Counted from the stretch's first letter, positions 9,489 through 20,710 are shown. The stretch: 64,000 nt of DNA from Thermoanaerobaculia bacterium (GCA_963664405.1 OY761158.1:5440001-5504000), one strand, 5' to 3'. Made by a program: numbers and translations. The notes: a model not told the origin generated them from the sequence alone.

Positions 9489-11018
9489 GTGAACACCTAC
9501 GACTATGTTGTTATCGGCGCCGGTTCGTCTGGTTGTGTTGTTGCCAATCGTCTGACCGAGGACCCGGACGTTTCTGTGCTGCTGTTAGAAGCTGGCGCCA
9601 GGGACGAGCTCCCGGCGATCGACGATCCACGCGCGTTCGCTCAGCTGTTCAAGACCCCCGTGGATTGGGCCTATGTCACGGCACCGGAGCCGGAATTGAA
9701 TGGACGATCCCTAGACTGGCCCCGGGGCAAGGTCCTGGGCGGCACCAGCGCAATCAACGCGATGATCTACCTTCGCGGAAACCGCGCCGACTACGACAAC
9801 TGGGCGAGCCTGGGCAACCTGGGTTGGGGATATGAGGACGTGCTTCCGTACTTCACGAAGTCGGAACGAAACTCTCGCGGCGCGTCAGATTGGCACGGCG
9901 CGAGCGGCTTGCTCGATGTCACCGATCCGTCCGCGCCGCATCCCTACTCACTTGCGTTTGTCGAGGCTGCTGCGGAGCTGGGACATGCGCGTAATCCCGA
10001 TTTCAACGGTGCGCGCCAGGATGGTGCAGGCCTTTGGCAGCGCACGATCAAGGACGGAACACGCTCGAGTACCGCGCGTGCTTTCCTGCACCCGGCGCTT
10101 GTTCGGTCAAACCTGCTCGTATTGACGGGCGCCGAGGCGACCCGCATCGTGTTTGAGGGCAGGCGAGCCACCGGTGTGCGCTACGTGCGAAATGGAATCA
10201 CGGAGGAGGTATCGGCGCGGGGTGAAGTCGTTCTGTGCGGGGGTACGGTCAATTCTCCGCATTTGCTGATGTTGTCCGGCATCGGGCCGGCAGATCATTT
10301 GCGAGGGCTCGGAATACCGGTTTTGGAAGATGTGCCCGGCGTAGGCCGGAATCTGCAGGACCATGTCATGGCGAAATTCCGTTGCTGGACGTCCGACCAT
10401 CGCGCAGTCGACGCCTCGAGCAATCTCGTCGAGGCCGGGCTGTTGTGCAGCGTGGAACCCGGGCTTACTCCGCCAGAGCTCTATTTTCATTTCCTCCCGG
10501 TGGCGATGGTCGAGACGCACAATGGGCAAGAGCGCTCGGCGTTTTCGATCGTGTCGGTCGTATTGCGGCCCAAGAGTCGCGGCTCGTTGCAGTTGCAATC
10601 TCCCGACCCGGAGGCCGCACCCGTCATCCGCGCCGGCTACTACTCAGAGCGAGCGGATCTGCTGCTGATGATCGAGGGCCTCGAGATCGCGCGTGCGCTT
10701 TCGCGAACGCGGGCCCTTGACGGCATCGTTGCCGAAGAAGGGGCACCGGGGGCGGCTGTCACCGGCGATGCCGCGCTCGAGGCCTACCTCCGCGAGACCA
10801 GCGATACCCTCTTTCATCCGGTGGGTACCTGCAAGATGGGGACGGATTCAGAGGCTGTGGTTGACCCTCGGCTTCGCGTGCGCGGCGTGGAAGCGCTTCG
10901 GGTGATCGATGCGTCGATCATGCCGACGATCACATCGGGGCCTACCAATGCTCCCTCGATCATGATCGGAGAGAAGGGTGCGGACATGATCAAAGCGTCT
11001 CGCGGTCTCAACGACTAG
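9489..11018 (+). CDS. GMC oxidoreductase (choline dehydrogenase-like)
   Basis: GAGSSG FAD motif, [21 protein letters not shown]. Confidence 0.92.
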   Translation: MNTYDYVVIGAGSSGCVVANRLTEDPDVSVLLLEAGARDELPAIDDPRAFAQLFKTPVDWAYVTAPEPELNGRSLDWPRGKVLGGTSAINAMIYLRGNRADYDNWASLGNLGWGYEDVLPYFTKSERNSRGASDWHGASGLLDVTDPSAPHPYSLAFVEAAAELGHARNPDFNGARQDGAGLWQRTIKDGTRSSTARAFLHPALVRSNLLVLTGAEATRIVFEGRRATGVRYVRNGITEEVSARGEVVLCGGTVNSPHLLMLSGIGPADHLRGLGIPVLEDVPGVGRNLQDHVMAKFRCWTSDHRAVDASSNLVEAGLLCSVEPGLTPPELYFHFLPVAMVETHNGQERSAFSIVSVVLRPKSRGSLQLQSPDPEAAPVIRAGYYSERADLLLMIEGLEIARALSRTRALDGIVAEEGAPGAAVTGDAALEAYLRETSDTLFHPVGTCKMGTDSEAVVDPRLRVRGVEALRVIDASIMPTITSGPTNAPSIMIGEKGADMIKASRGLND

Positions 11019-11111
11019 TCGTACGAGCCAGGGCGCGGCAGAATCCCGACGTAGTGTGGCTCTGACCTTGACTACTCCCGGGCAATCTCGAATTGATAGG
11101 AGACTCCGACG

Positions 11112-11516
11112 ATGCCATCCAAACTTGATGAGTTTGCGAGTCACTACGCCCAGGCGTGGTGCAGTCAGAAGCCCGAAAGTGTTGCGGCGTTTTACGCCGA
11201 GGGCGCCTCGCTTCGCGTCAACGATGACGCCCCAGCTGTGGGCAGAGCCGCTATCACAGAGGTGGCCAGGGGGTTCATGACGGCCTTTCCGGATATGGTT
11301 GTGGCTCTGGACGAACTCCTCTCCAAACCAGATGGTGCCGAGTTTCACTGGACCTTGACGGGTACAAACTCCGGGCCCGAGGGCACCGGGAAACGGGTCC
11401 GGATCAGTGGCTACGAAGAGTGGCAGATCGACGCGAACGGCCTCATCGCCGAGTCCATGGGTCATTTTGACTCCGCCGAATATGAGCGCCAGCTCGAGCA
11501 CGGCGTGGACGGCTAG
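11112..11516 (+). CDS. SnoaL/NTF2-like protein
   Basis: YAQAWCSQ, FMTAFPDM, HWTLTGTNSGP. Confidence 0.8.
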   Translation: MPSKLDEFASHYAQAWCSQKPESVAAFYAEGASLRVNDDAPAVGRAAITEVARGFMTAFPDMVVALDELLSKPDGAEFHWTLTGTNSGPEGTGKRVRISGYEEWQIDANGLIAESMGHFDSAEYERQLEHGVDG

Positions 11517-11610
11517 TATGGTTGAGATTCACAACAGATGAGGAGGAGAGTCATGCCGAAGGTCGTATTCACACAGGCTGTAAGCGATCCCGCGGGCGAT
11601 TGACGGGAAG

Positions 11611-11994
11611 ATGGTTACACACACCGGGGGGTGTCACTGCGGACGAGTTCGCTTCGAGGTGGACGCTCCCGCAGAGATCGATGTCGACGAGTGCAACTGT
11701 TCGATCTGCTCCCGTGTCTCATACCTCCATCTCATCGTTCCGAAGTCTCGATTTCGCCTGCTCCGCGGCGAAGAATCGCTGACTTCTTATCGCTTCAACA
11801 CCGGGGTGGCTCAGCACCTCTTCTGTTCCACCTGCGGCGTCAAGTCGTTCTACGTGCCCAGATCTCATCCGGACGGCTACAGTGTCAATGCGCGATGCCT
11901 CGATCAAAGTAGCATTCAGCGATGCACGGTGCGGCAGTTTGATGGAGTGAATTGGGAGCAGCATGTTGTCGAGCTCGGCCAGCTCCAAGAGTAG
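11611..11994 (+). CDS. GFA (CENP-V/Mss4-like) family protein
   Basis: GGCHCG, CNCSIC, FCSTCG. Confidence 0.92.
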   Translation: MVTHTGGCHCGRVRFEVDAPAEIDVDECNCSICSRVSYLHLIVPKSRFRLLRGEESLTSYRFNTGVAQHLFCSTCGVKSFYVPRSHPDGYSVNARCLDQSSIQRCTVRQFDGVNWEQHVVELGQLQE

Positions 11995-12060
11995 GCTGGC
12001 GGAGAAGGGACCAGGCACCGCTGCAGTCGCTTATCGAGTTTCAACCAAGGAGAAACGCCA

Positions 12061-12384
12061 ATGCCTCAATACGTTCTTGTTTATCTAGGTGGCGATCAGC
12101 CATCCAGCCCCGAGGCGGGCAAAGAACATTTTGCGAAGTACATGGCTTGGTTGTCCTCGCTGGGAGACTCGGCCGTCAGTCCTGCGAATCCGCTCAAGGG
12201 TACGAGCACAGTGAGCCCGGATGGTTCTGTCAGCGCCGGTGGGGCGACTTCGATGTCCGGCTTCACAATCATTGAAGCGGGTTCTATGGAGGCGGCACTG
12301 TCGATCGCGAAGGCTTGCCCTTTTCTCGACATCGGCGGCTCACTCGAAGTGTCGGAGCTGGTAGAGATGCCAAGCCAGAATTAG
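12061..12384 (+). CDS. YCII-related protein
   Basis: SGFTIIEA..MEAALSIAKACPFL; AGGAGA RBS. Confidence 0.8.
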   Translation: MPQYVLVYLGGDQPSSPEAGKEHFAKYMAWLSSLGDSAVSPANPLKGTSTVSPDGSVSAGGATSMSGFTIIEAGSMEAALSIAKACPFLDIGGSLEVSELVEMPSQN

Positions 12385-12441
12385 AGACTGGCAGCCGGAA
12401 AGGCGGCTTTCGGCTGCTGGAATGGCAGCGCTGGAGTTCAC

Positions 12442-13125
12442 TTGCTCGAGCTCATCATCGGCAACCGAAACTACTCCTCGTGGTCGCTGCGGGCGTGGCT
12501 CTATTTGCGCGCGAGCGAAGTTCCCTTCGCGGAGTCACGGATCCCGATGTTCACTGGCGATTGGGAGGAGTCTGCTCTCAGATACTCTCCGGCAGGCCGC
12601 GTGCCGGTCCTGATTGACGGCGACCTTCGGGTATGGGACTCGATGGCCATCATCGAGCATGTTCGAGAGTTGCACCCCGGCGGCGTCGGATGGCCCGAGG
12701 CCGCCGCTCTTCGAGCGCATGCGCGTTCCGTCTCGGCGGAGATGCACTCCGGGTTTCTCGCTATGAGAGGCGAGCTACCGCTCAATATTCGAGCACGCCG
12801 TTCCCCTCCGCCGATGTCCCCGACCTGCACGGCCCAGGTGCGCCGACTCTGCGAGATCTGGGAGGATGCCCGGAAGTCCTATGGTGGGCGGGGCCCCTGG
12901 CTCTTCGGTGAGCTCTCGATTGCCGACGTTCTATTCGCACCGGTAGCGCTGCGCTTCGTCTCTTACGGCGTCCCCCTGGCCGGAGGCGCTGCGGAATTCG
13001 TCGAAGCTGTCCAAGGTCTGGCGTCGGTCAAAGAGTGGTGCGCGCTCGCTGAAGCTGAGTCTGAGAGGATCTCCTTCATCGACGACCTCGTGCCGGCCGA
13101 TGACGCTCCTTTGACCCTCGGCTGA
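12442..13125 (+). CDS. Glutathione S-transferase family protein
   Basis: GNRNYSSWSLRAW, SPAGRVPVL, EMHSGF. Confidence 0.92.
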   Translation: MLELIIGNRNYSSWSLRAWLYLRASEVPFAESRIPMFTGDWEESALRYSPAGRVPVLIDGDLRVWDSMAIIEHVRELHPGGVGWPEAAALRAHARSVSAEMHSGFLAMRGELPLNIRARRSPPPMSPTCTAQVRRLCEIWEDARKSYGGRGPWLFGELSIADVLFAPVALRFVSYGVPLAGGAAEFVEAVQGLASVKEWCALAEAESERISFIDDLVPADDAPLTLG

Positions 13126-13134
13126 GGGGGGCTG

Positions 13135-13414
13135 GCTTCGCGACCGCGGGAGAGCTAGCCCTTCTTCAGGAGGGCGGCATCATCCCGCCGGAACGGCGGT
13201 CCGGGTGCGTGGTCCCGGCGGCGTGTTTGCGGCCGGAAGAGATGCGTCAGTCGTTGTTAGGGTTTTGCAGTGCGGGCTCTGCTCTGATAGAGCAGGCCGA
13301 CCAGAGACGGCGAGAGCCCGGGAAAGCGAAGTAGGAAAACGCCCCGGGCTCTGCCCCAAACCGCAGCATTAGCTGCGCTTGCAGTATGGCAGAGAGTCGG
13401 GGTCGTCGTCGAAT
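13135..13414. repeat. ~280-bp segment, copy 2, without IR or transposase
   Basis: Near-identical to 4262-4541. Confidence 0.9.
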
Positions 13415-13640
13415 GAGCCGTCGGAGTGGATGTCGATGCCGGTGGTGCCCGTCGGTAGCTCCATCACCTCCTGTGGGCTCGAGAACTCGATGCTGTCGCC
13501 CGATGACCTGACCAGGCGCTATGGCCAAAGTCCAGCGGCAGGACGGACTCCTACGCCGGGGGCTTTAGCCCCCTTCACACGGTGGAGGTCCCTTCGAGGG
13601 GCCTTCATCAAACAGCCTGCTGTGCGGGTGGTCCTTGATT

Positions 13641-14480
13641 CTAAACATCCGGGAAGAAGGGGTTGTTGCCCCGTAGCTCGTCATCGCGCTGCTCGGCGGT
13701 CAGACTCAGGACCCAGTTGGTGAGCTCCTCGGTTCCCTCGGGTGCAATCAGATTGTGGAATCTGGGCTCGGTGCTCTCGACGAGCTTCGCCACACCCTCC
13801 ACCAGCTCCCCGGGGTCGGGCATGGTGGCGGCGTGCTCTCGGAAGGCGGCCAGCGCCTTGTCCACCCCTTCGCTGTAGGTCGAATCGGTTCCCCCGACCC
13901 GCAGTGACGTGGTCTGCCAGTCCGTTCGGTAGGCGCCAGGCTCGACAACCGTCACCTTGATCCCGAAACGCTTCACCTCGTAGGCCAGCACCTCCGACCA
14001 CATGTGGACCGCGGCCTTCGATGCGCTGTACATCCCCATCAGGGGCAGCGGAATGCGGGCTGCACCCGAGGTGATGTTGATGATCAAGCCATCACGCCGT
14101 TTCCGCATGCCGGGAAGCACCGCCTTGCAGGTGCGCCACATCCCGATGGTGTTGGTGTTGAACTGGCGGATGACCTCCTCTTCATCGAACGCCTCGACCG
14201 GACCGTAGAGACCGTATCCTGCATTGTTGATCAGGACCTCGATGCGGCCGTACCGGGCCTCGATCGCGCCCAGGCTCGCGCTGACGCTGGCAGTGTCGGT
14301 GACATCCAGACGTTCGAAGTCCATGCCGGGAACCTGGGCGCGGAGCGACTCGAAATCGTCCGGATTGCGCATGGTGGCTACGACGCGATTTCCGCGCCGC
14401 GCAAGCTCCAGCGCGAAGGCGCGTCCGAACCCTCGCGACGCACCGGTGATCACGATCACTTTGCTGCTTGATGTCTGCAT
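13641..14480 (-). CDS. SDR family oxidoreductase
   Basis: TGASRGFG, NNAG, YSASK. Confidence 0.92.
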   Translation of the reverse strand: MQTSSSKVIVITGASRGFGRAFALELARRGNRVVATMRNPDDFESLRAQVPGMDFERLDVTDTASVSASLGAIEARYGRIEVLINNAGYGLYGPVEAFDEEEVIRQFNTNTIGMWRTCKAVLPGMRKRRDGLIINITSGAARIPLPLMGMYSASKAAVHMWSEVLAYEVKRFGIKVTVVEPGAYRTDWQTTSLRVGGTDSTYSEGVDKALAAFREHAATMPDPGELVEGVAKLVESTEPRFHNLIAPEGTEELTNWVLSLTAEQRDDELRGNNPFFPDV

Positions 14481-14567
14481 TGGAATCTTCTCCTGGGTAC
14501 CTACCGCATTGGTCGTAGTCGCCTCTTCAGCGTGCCCGTCCATGAGAGGGACGGGGCAGTCACTCTG

Positions 14568-14654
14568 TCAGGCCACCCTGCTCATAAGGTCGAGGAAACG
14601 GGTATCGGCCCGCAAGTTGTCGAAGCGCGGATTGACCTTGACCCACGCCAGACG
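14568..14654 (-). pseudogene. C-terminal remnant of a TPR-type (kinase/cyclase-associated) protein
   Basis: RLAWVKVNPRFDNLRADTRFLDLMSRVA* resembles the typical LKVDPRFDxLRxDPRF tail. Confidence 0.55.
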
Positions 14655-14728
14655 CTGCCGTCGTCGAGGGCGATCGGCCCTTCGGGAAAGTCCAACTGAT
14701 TGGTGATCTCGCGCAGCTCGACCATCGT

Positions 14729-15628
14729 CTACTCCTTCTTCAGATGGCGATCCAGGAAGGCGACGACGGCGCGGCTCATCTCATCGTCGCTGCTCACGTC
14801 GCGATTGACGTCGTCATGGTCCTTGCTCTTCGCCATGAAGCTCTCGACCTCGACGCCCGCGGTGCGCAGGGCGCCGGCGAGCTCGTCGCTCGCCATTCCC
14901 GGCGGATATTGTTGGAACTGGATGCCGGCTGCGACAAGGAGGGTGGGCGGATGGCCCTTGTCCGGCGCGATGTGCGCCATCGCCGAAGCATCGCGCCAGT
15001 GCTCGGGAGTGTCGCCGAACTTCGAGAACGGGCCGGCGAGGATTGCGGGATCCTCGATCGCTGCGATTCGGGCCTCGAGATCGTAGGTGTGGCCGTCGAG
15101 GAGCACAGCCGCCTTCACCACCTCCAGACCGAGGCCGTGAGCCTCCAACCTGCGTTGATCCGTGATCAAGAGGCTACTCACCTGAGCGCCAGACGAGTGT
15201 CCGAGCAATCCGATGCGCTCAGGGTCTCCTCCGTAGTCCGAGATGTTCCGATACACCCAGGCAAAGGCAGCCGCGGTGTCCTCGAGCCAGGCAGGGTGAC
15301 GAACGGCGGGCGCGAGCCGATAGTTGATCGACACCACCACGTAGCCACGACTACAGAAGAAGTGCGGCTTGTCGCCCACCATCTCCTTGTCTCCGGCCCG
15401 ATAAGCGCCGCCGTGGACGTAGACCACCACAGGTGCCCCGTCGGCGCCGGCGGGAGCATAGATATCGAGCGCCTGGAGCTTCGCGTCACCGCCTTCGAGG
15501 TAGACCAGATCCGTCGTCGTCTGGATGACGAGATCGGGCGGGCGCTGCTCCTCCGAACAGGAGGCTATCGCCAACACCACAAGGGGCAAGGCCAAGAACC
15601 GCCATCCGTGAAAGCTCAGTTCGGGCAT
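14729..15628 (-). CDS. Alpha/beta hydrolase (carboxylesterase-like lipoprotein)
   Basis: HGGAY, GHSSG, lipobox-like IASC. Confidence 0.85.
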   Translation of the reverse strand: MPELSFHGWRFLALPLVVLAIASCSEEQRPPDLVIQTTTDLVYLEGGDAKLQALDIYAPAGADGAPVVVYVHGGAYRAGDKEMVGDKPHFFCSRGYVVVSINYRLAPAVRHPAWLEDTAAAFAWVYRNISDYGGDPERIGLLGHSSGAQVSSLLITDQRRLEAHGLGLEVVKAAVLLDGHTYDLEARIAAIEDPAILAGPFSKFGDTPEHWRDASAMAHIAPDKGHPPTLLVAAGIQFQQYPPGMASDELAGALRTAGVEVESFMAKSKDHDDVNRDVSSDDEMSRAVVAFLDRHLKKE

Positions 15629-15632
15629 CTCT

Positions 15633-15875
15633 CTACTCCTTCGCCAGGTGGCGCTTGAAAAAGGCGGTGACGGCGCGGCTCATCTCATCGTCGCTGCTCA
15701 CGTCGCGGTTGACGCCGCCGTGGTCTTTGCCGTGCGCCAAGTCCCCCTTGTGCAGGCCCTCAGGCGCGCCAGGCAAACCCACCTTGAGCAGCCCGGTTCG
15801 GAACGGACTTTGACCGGTGATGAAGGCGGCCCGGCCTGCGGTGCAGCTGTTCTGACCGTAGGCGTCGGTAAATCT
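15633..15875 (-). pseudogene. Chimeric remnant: arylsulfatase fragment joined to an esterase C-terminus
   Basis: [21 protein letters not shown] (CxAxR sulfatase motif), then [15 protein letters not shown] matching the 3' end of 14729-15628. Confidence 0.65.
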
Positions 15876-16003
15876 TCCAATAGCGCAATAAGAGTGTCCT
15901 CCGTCGTGGCACCTTCCGCTAGAAAGTGCGCCAACCCTCGACTCCTTGTTGAGACGAAACCGCGCAACCACCGAAAGTTGTCCGCGGAAGGAAGGTACCA
16001 GAT

Positions 16004-16030
16004 TGTCACCTTCCACCGAATTTCGCGACA
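16004..16030 (+). other. 27-bp putative recombination site S1
   Basis: TGTCACCTTCCACCGAATTTCGCGACA. Confidence 0.75.
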
Positions 16031-16061
16031 TCACTACATTCGGAGGCGTCGCTCTTCGTGC

Positions 16062-16589
16062 CTACCATTTGGTCCGGAACTCCTGCAGCACGAACTCGGG
16101 GCTCATGTTCAGGTAGATCTCGGTCGTCGACAGGTGATCGTGGCCGAGCATCATCTGCAAGGCGCGTGTCGAGCCACCCTTGTGAATCCACAGAATCGCA
16201 AAAGTGTGACGCAACACGTGGGGACTGACGGGACGGGAGATCGTCGCCGCGTTGGCGACGCGTCGCACGGTGCGCTGAGTGGTCCGCGCCGAGAAGTCGA
16301 TTGTCTCGTGGAGGATGAAATAGTGCTCGAAAAGAGCCCGCACACGGTCCGAGAGAGGTACAACTCGGAGCTTGGTGCGCTTTCCATAGGGGCCACCCTT
16401 TCCGTACAGCCGGATGCAGCGCTGCTGCCACTGGATCTGGTTCCTGGTCAAGTTGGCCAGCTCGGAGACGCGCATACCCGTCTCGAGAAGAGCCCAGATA
16501 CAGATCTTCTCCTCCATTGTCTCGCAGGCGTTGATGATTCGATCGGCTTCCTCAATCGACAGTGGCTCACGTTTGTGTTGGTATCTCAT
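16062..16589 (-). CDS. Minimal tyrosine recombinase (catalytic domain only, ~175 aa)
   Basis: TGMRVSE (R), GKG (K), HVLRH, LGH, TEIY (Y); too short for an N-terminal core-binding domain. Confidence 0.92.
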   Translation of the reverse strand: MRYQHKREPLSIEEADRIINACETMEEKICIWALLETGMRVSELANLTRNQIQWQQRCIRLYGKGGPYGKRTKLRVVPLSDRVRALFEHYFILHETIDFSARTTQRTVRRVANAATISRPVSPHVLRHTFAILWIHKGGSTRALQMMLGHDHLSTTEIYLNMSPEFVLQEFRTKW

Positions 16590-16663
16590 GGCACAGTCCA
16601 TCAGAGACTGCGCGGGAGGAAATCGCAGCTCCTCCCTGAGAGCCGGCTCTAGAGAGCTTTCTG

Positions 16664-16716
16664 GGTACTCATTCGGATCGAGCTATGCGTGTCGTAGTGC
16701 GCCACATAAAGCGACA
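16664..16716 (+). other. Linker motif plus site S2 (16690-16716)
   Basis: ..CTCATTCGGATCGAGCTATGCG-TGTCGTAGTGCGCCACATAAAGCGACA. Confidence 0.8.
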
Positions 16717-16723
16717 TCCTCTC

Positions 16724-19403
16724 TCAGTCGGCGGGAACGAGATGCTTCAGCTCCTCGGCCCAGTTCAAGACGACCTGGATGTGGGCTGGCGCGCCCTCGA
16801 GAGCCTTGATGAAGACGAAATCTCCGTTGGGTAGGACGTCGTACTGGGGGAAGGGGGACGGGTGTGAGTAGTAGCGCGCCTCGAAGAGGAGCTTCGGCCG
16901 CGAGTAGGTGAAGCTCTGGCCACCTGCCGACTCAGCCACGTCGACCTTCATCAACAGGTCACCGTTACGGTAAAAGAGCTCGCGCCCTTGCGTGCTCCAG
17001 ACGGGGTTTCGACCACCCCCGGTCGAGATTCGATACTTCGCCTCCGAGGTTCCGGCCAGCGGTCGCACGTAGACATTCAGCTGACCGTCTTCGTCGCTGA
17101 CGTACGCCACCCACCGCCCGTCGGGGGAGGATCTAGAGCTGGTCTCGTAGACCGGCGTCGCAAGAAAAGGTCGCGGCTCTGTTTCACCGGCAGGCAGCAT
17201 CATGATGTCGTGGAGGTTTACCGGATCCACCAGCTGGTAGAGAAGATCTCCGTTCGGCGTGAAGGAATGCGCCACCTGCACCGGCCCGGGTGCAGTAACG
17301 GCAATTTCGTCGGCGCTGCCATCGGCCAGCTTCGAGAAGAGGCCGATCCCTCCAGGTCGAGTCGACTGGAAGACCAGGCGATCACCTTCGGCGCTCCACA
17401 CCGCGAAGCCCGATCCCTTGAAGGTCAGCTGCCGCCGACTCTCCTGGGCTAGATCGTAGATCCAGACTTCGCGCCGCCGCAGGTCGGTGGCGTTGTTGCC
17501 GCTGAGGACCGTTACCGATACCTGATCTCCTGCTGGTGAGACGCGAGGCGCCAGATAGCTGTCGGGTGGGATCTCGAGCGGCGTCTCTTTGCCACGGCGA
17601 TCCACTCGTACCAGGGTCGACAGCCGTTGAGCGCTGATCGGCGTGGTTGCAAGGAGGTTTCTCGCGACCGCGTATTGCGACACTCCCCGCGCCACCGGTA
17701 CCGGCGTGCCGGTGACGCTCCCGGCTTCGACATCGAAGGGCACGGCCATCAAGTCGTTGTCGCGGCGAAACAGAAGATGTCCGGTCGATACGACCTGGGG
17801 GTCACGGGCGTCATCGAGCAATGTGAGTCTTCTGCCCGAGGCAACGTCGATGGCGATCAGGCTCGGGAGGCGCGAGGCGGCCACCACCTCCGCGAGGACG
17901 GTCTTTCCGCCGGGGAGTAGCTCGGGTGAGCTCGGTTTCCCTCGCCGCCCTGTTTCGCCGCCAGAGTCTGGAGCGTCCGCGTCGTCCGCGGGGACGGGAG
18001 GATGATAGAGCTCCGCAGTGCCGCCGACGGCCGGTACCACCAGCAACTCGTCCGAATCGAGGGTGGCGAAGACGATGCGATCGTCGTCACCCCAGGCACC
18101 GCCTCGGGGGATTGGGACATCGCAGATCGCTACCGGGGCTCCCCCCCCCCTGGGTCGGCAACCTCTTGAGCTCCGTGCCCTGAAAGAAGGCGATCCACTC
18201 GCCGTCCGGTGAGAACAGCGGAAACTGCGCCCCCCGGGTTCCCGCTAGCGGCTGGCTCGAGGGATCCGCGATTCTGCGGAGATGGAGCTGGTCTTGAGCT
18301 ACGAAGACGAGCTGGAGTCCGTCGGGCGATAGTGCGAGCTCGCGAAGCCCTTCAAGCCCTCTACCGTTGGCGCCGGTGATACTCAGCCGGGCCGGTCGTA
18401 GCGTCACGGGCTTTTCGTTTCGCGGCGCGATCAGGGTCGTCAGCAGCATGCCGGCTGCCAGTCCAACAGCAAGCGCGAGGGCAACACGTCCCCGGACCTT
18501 CGTGGGGGTGACCGCAAACTCGGAACCTGCGTTCGGGTCGGTAGCTGCGTCCCTCGCCTCCTCGATCTCGAAGCGAGCGTCACCGATGTCGCGCAATCTC
18601 TCGCTGGGCTCTCTCTTTAGGCAACGACGGAGCAGACGCTGGATCGCTCTCGGCGTCGGCGCAAGCCTTCCCCAGTCCAACTCTGCCCGAAGAACCGCTG
18701 CCAGTGTGTCGGCCGCATCGTCGCCCTCGAAGGCGCGGCGGCCTGCAAGCGCCTCGTAGAGGCACGCGCCGAAGGCCCATACGTCGGCCCGCTTGTCGAC
18801 CTCCCTGCCCTTCGCCTGTTCGGGCGACATGTACGCCGCGGTGCCAAGGATCTGGCCCTGGCGCGTTGCCGCGTAGGTGAGCGTGGGCGACTCCGAGGAG
18901 TCGCTCTCCGGGCCTGTCGCCGGAGCCATTGCCTTGGCCAGACCGAAGTCAAGAATCTTGACGTTCCCGTCGTCGGTGACCTTGATGTTCGCGGGTTTGA
19001 GATCCCGGTGGATCACGCCCTTTTCGTGGGCTGCCTCTAGACCTTCCGCGATCTGCAAGAAAACGGGCAAGGCTTCATCGACGGGGACAGCACCTCTCTT
19101 GATGCGCTCGGCGAGTGTCTCGCCTTCGACCAGTTCCATGACCAGGAAGTTAGTGTCCCCTTCCTTCTCGAAGCCGTAGAGCGTGGCGATGTTGTTGTGA
19201 TTCAGTGAGGCGAGGACGCGAGCCTCGCGCTCGAAGCGCGCCAGCCGCTCAGGATCTGTGGAAACCTCATCGAGAAGGAGCTTGATCGCTACCTCGCGCC
19301 CGAGCTTGGTGTCCTTGGCGCGATAGACCTCTCCCATTCCTCCCACTCCGAGGCTTGAGACCACTTCATAGTGGCCAAGGCGAGTGCCAGCTTCGAGCGC
19401 CAT
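16724..19403 (-). CDS. Ser/Thr kinase-TM-TolB/PD40 beta-propeller protein 1 (frameshift at C10 run 18141-18150)
   Basis: [20 protein letters not shown]; TM; SPDG repeats; frames join if one base of the run is removed. Confidence 0.88.
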
Positions 19404-19463
19404 GACTTGGCGACATCTTACCCGTCGCCCGTGGGATCAGCGGCTCAGAGAGCTGATTCCCGC

Positions 19464-19540
19464 TGTCGCGATGCACCCGGAACTGCGACAGCAGGAGCCT
19501 ATTCAGATCGAGCTATGGCTGTCGCAGTCCGCCACCAAAG
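19464..19540 (+). other. Site S3 (19464-19490), 29-bp linker and left part of S4 (from 19520)
   Basis: TGTCGCGATGCACCCGGAACTGCGACA; TGTCGCAGTCCGCCACCAAAG then IS. Confidence 0.8.
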
Positions 19541-19671
19541 TCATCATAGAAATGCGCTCGGGTGCGCCCGAGGTCAAGAAGTAGGGAGTTGTGAAGAACG
19601 GTCCTCCGTCGAAAGGGTCAAACTCGAGATGAGTAATTACCCTGGGCTTAGCCCCAAGAAGGAGGACCGAA

Positions 19672-20710
19672 ATGGAACGATATCTCGGACTCGACATGCA
19701 TCGGGACAGCTGCACGGCCGTCGTGCTGAGTGCCGGTGGGAAGAAGACCGGCGAGCAGGTGATGGCGACCGAAACCGCCGCGTTGGTGCAGTACATAAAG
19801 AGTCTCTCGGGAGAGCTTCACGTCTGTGTGGAGGAGGGCGAGTGGAGCGAGTGGGTAGTGGAGATCCTCAATCCATGGGTCTCGCGGGTGGTTTCGGCGT
19901 CGGCTCCGGGTCGCAAGGGTCCTCGCAGCGATGCGATGGACGCTCGCGAGCTCGCCGAGCGTCTGAGGACTCGCCAGACGGGTCCACCGGTCTACAAGGC
20001 GTCTCGGGAATGGGCGCGGCTGCGCGAGGCAGTGCCGCCTGGAGGGCAAGCTGCTCCAGGACGCGGTACGAGCCAAGCAGCGGCTCAAGAGTCTGTATCG
20101 ACGTCGTGGTGTGGCGTGCTTGGGCGAGGAGGTCTACTCCCCGCAGCTGCGCGAGCAGTGGCACGCGAAGCTGCCCGCAAGCGTGCGGCCATCCGCCGAG
20201 CTCCTGGGTCAGGAGCTCGATCACCTCACAGAGCTGCACCAGACCGCCGAGCGGCAGATGTGTGCAGCCGCTGGCAAGTTTCCGATGTGGCGCAAGCTCC
20301 AGACGGCTCCGGGGATCGGCCGCAAACGATCGGCACAACTGCTAGCGATCGTGGTGACCCCTCATCGCTTCCGCACCAAACGACTCTTCTGGTCCTACTG
20401 CGGACTCGGTGTGGTCACGCGCTCGACCTCGGACTGGGTCCGCCAGCCGAACGGTCAGATGGTGCGGGCTCCAGTGATCCAGGCCCGGGGGCTGAACAAA
20501 GCCTGCAACCGTCAGCTCAAGGGGCTCTTTGTGGGCGCCGCGAAGACGGCTCTCCGCTGCCGGCGACCCAATCCCCTGCGCGACGCCCACGAACGGATGG
20601 TCGAGGCCGGGACCAAACCGAATCTGGCCCAGCTCACCATCGCGCGAAAGATCGCTGCAGTGGTGCTGGCCATGTGGAAGAGCGAAAGCGAGTATCGGAT
20701 CATGAGCTGA
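19672..20710 (+). CDS. IS110 transposase, +1 frameshift near 20034
   Basis: YLGLDMH, EEG, SDAMDA (DEDD); APGIG, SYCGLG, IARK; split over two ORFs. Confidence 0.85.
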
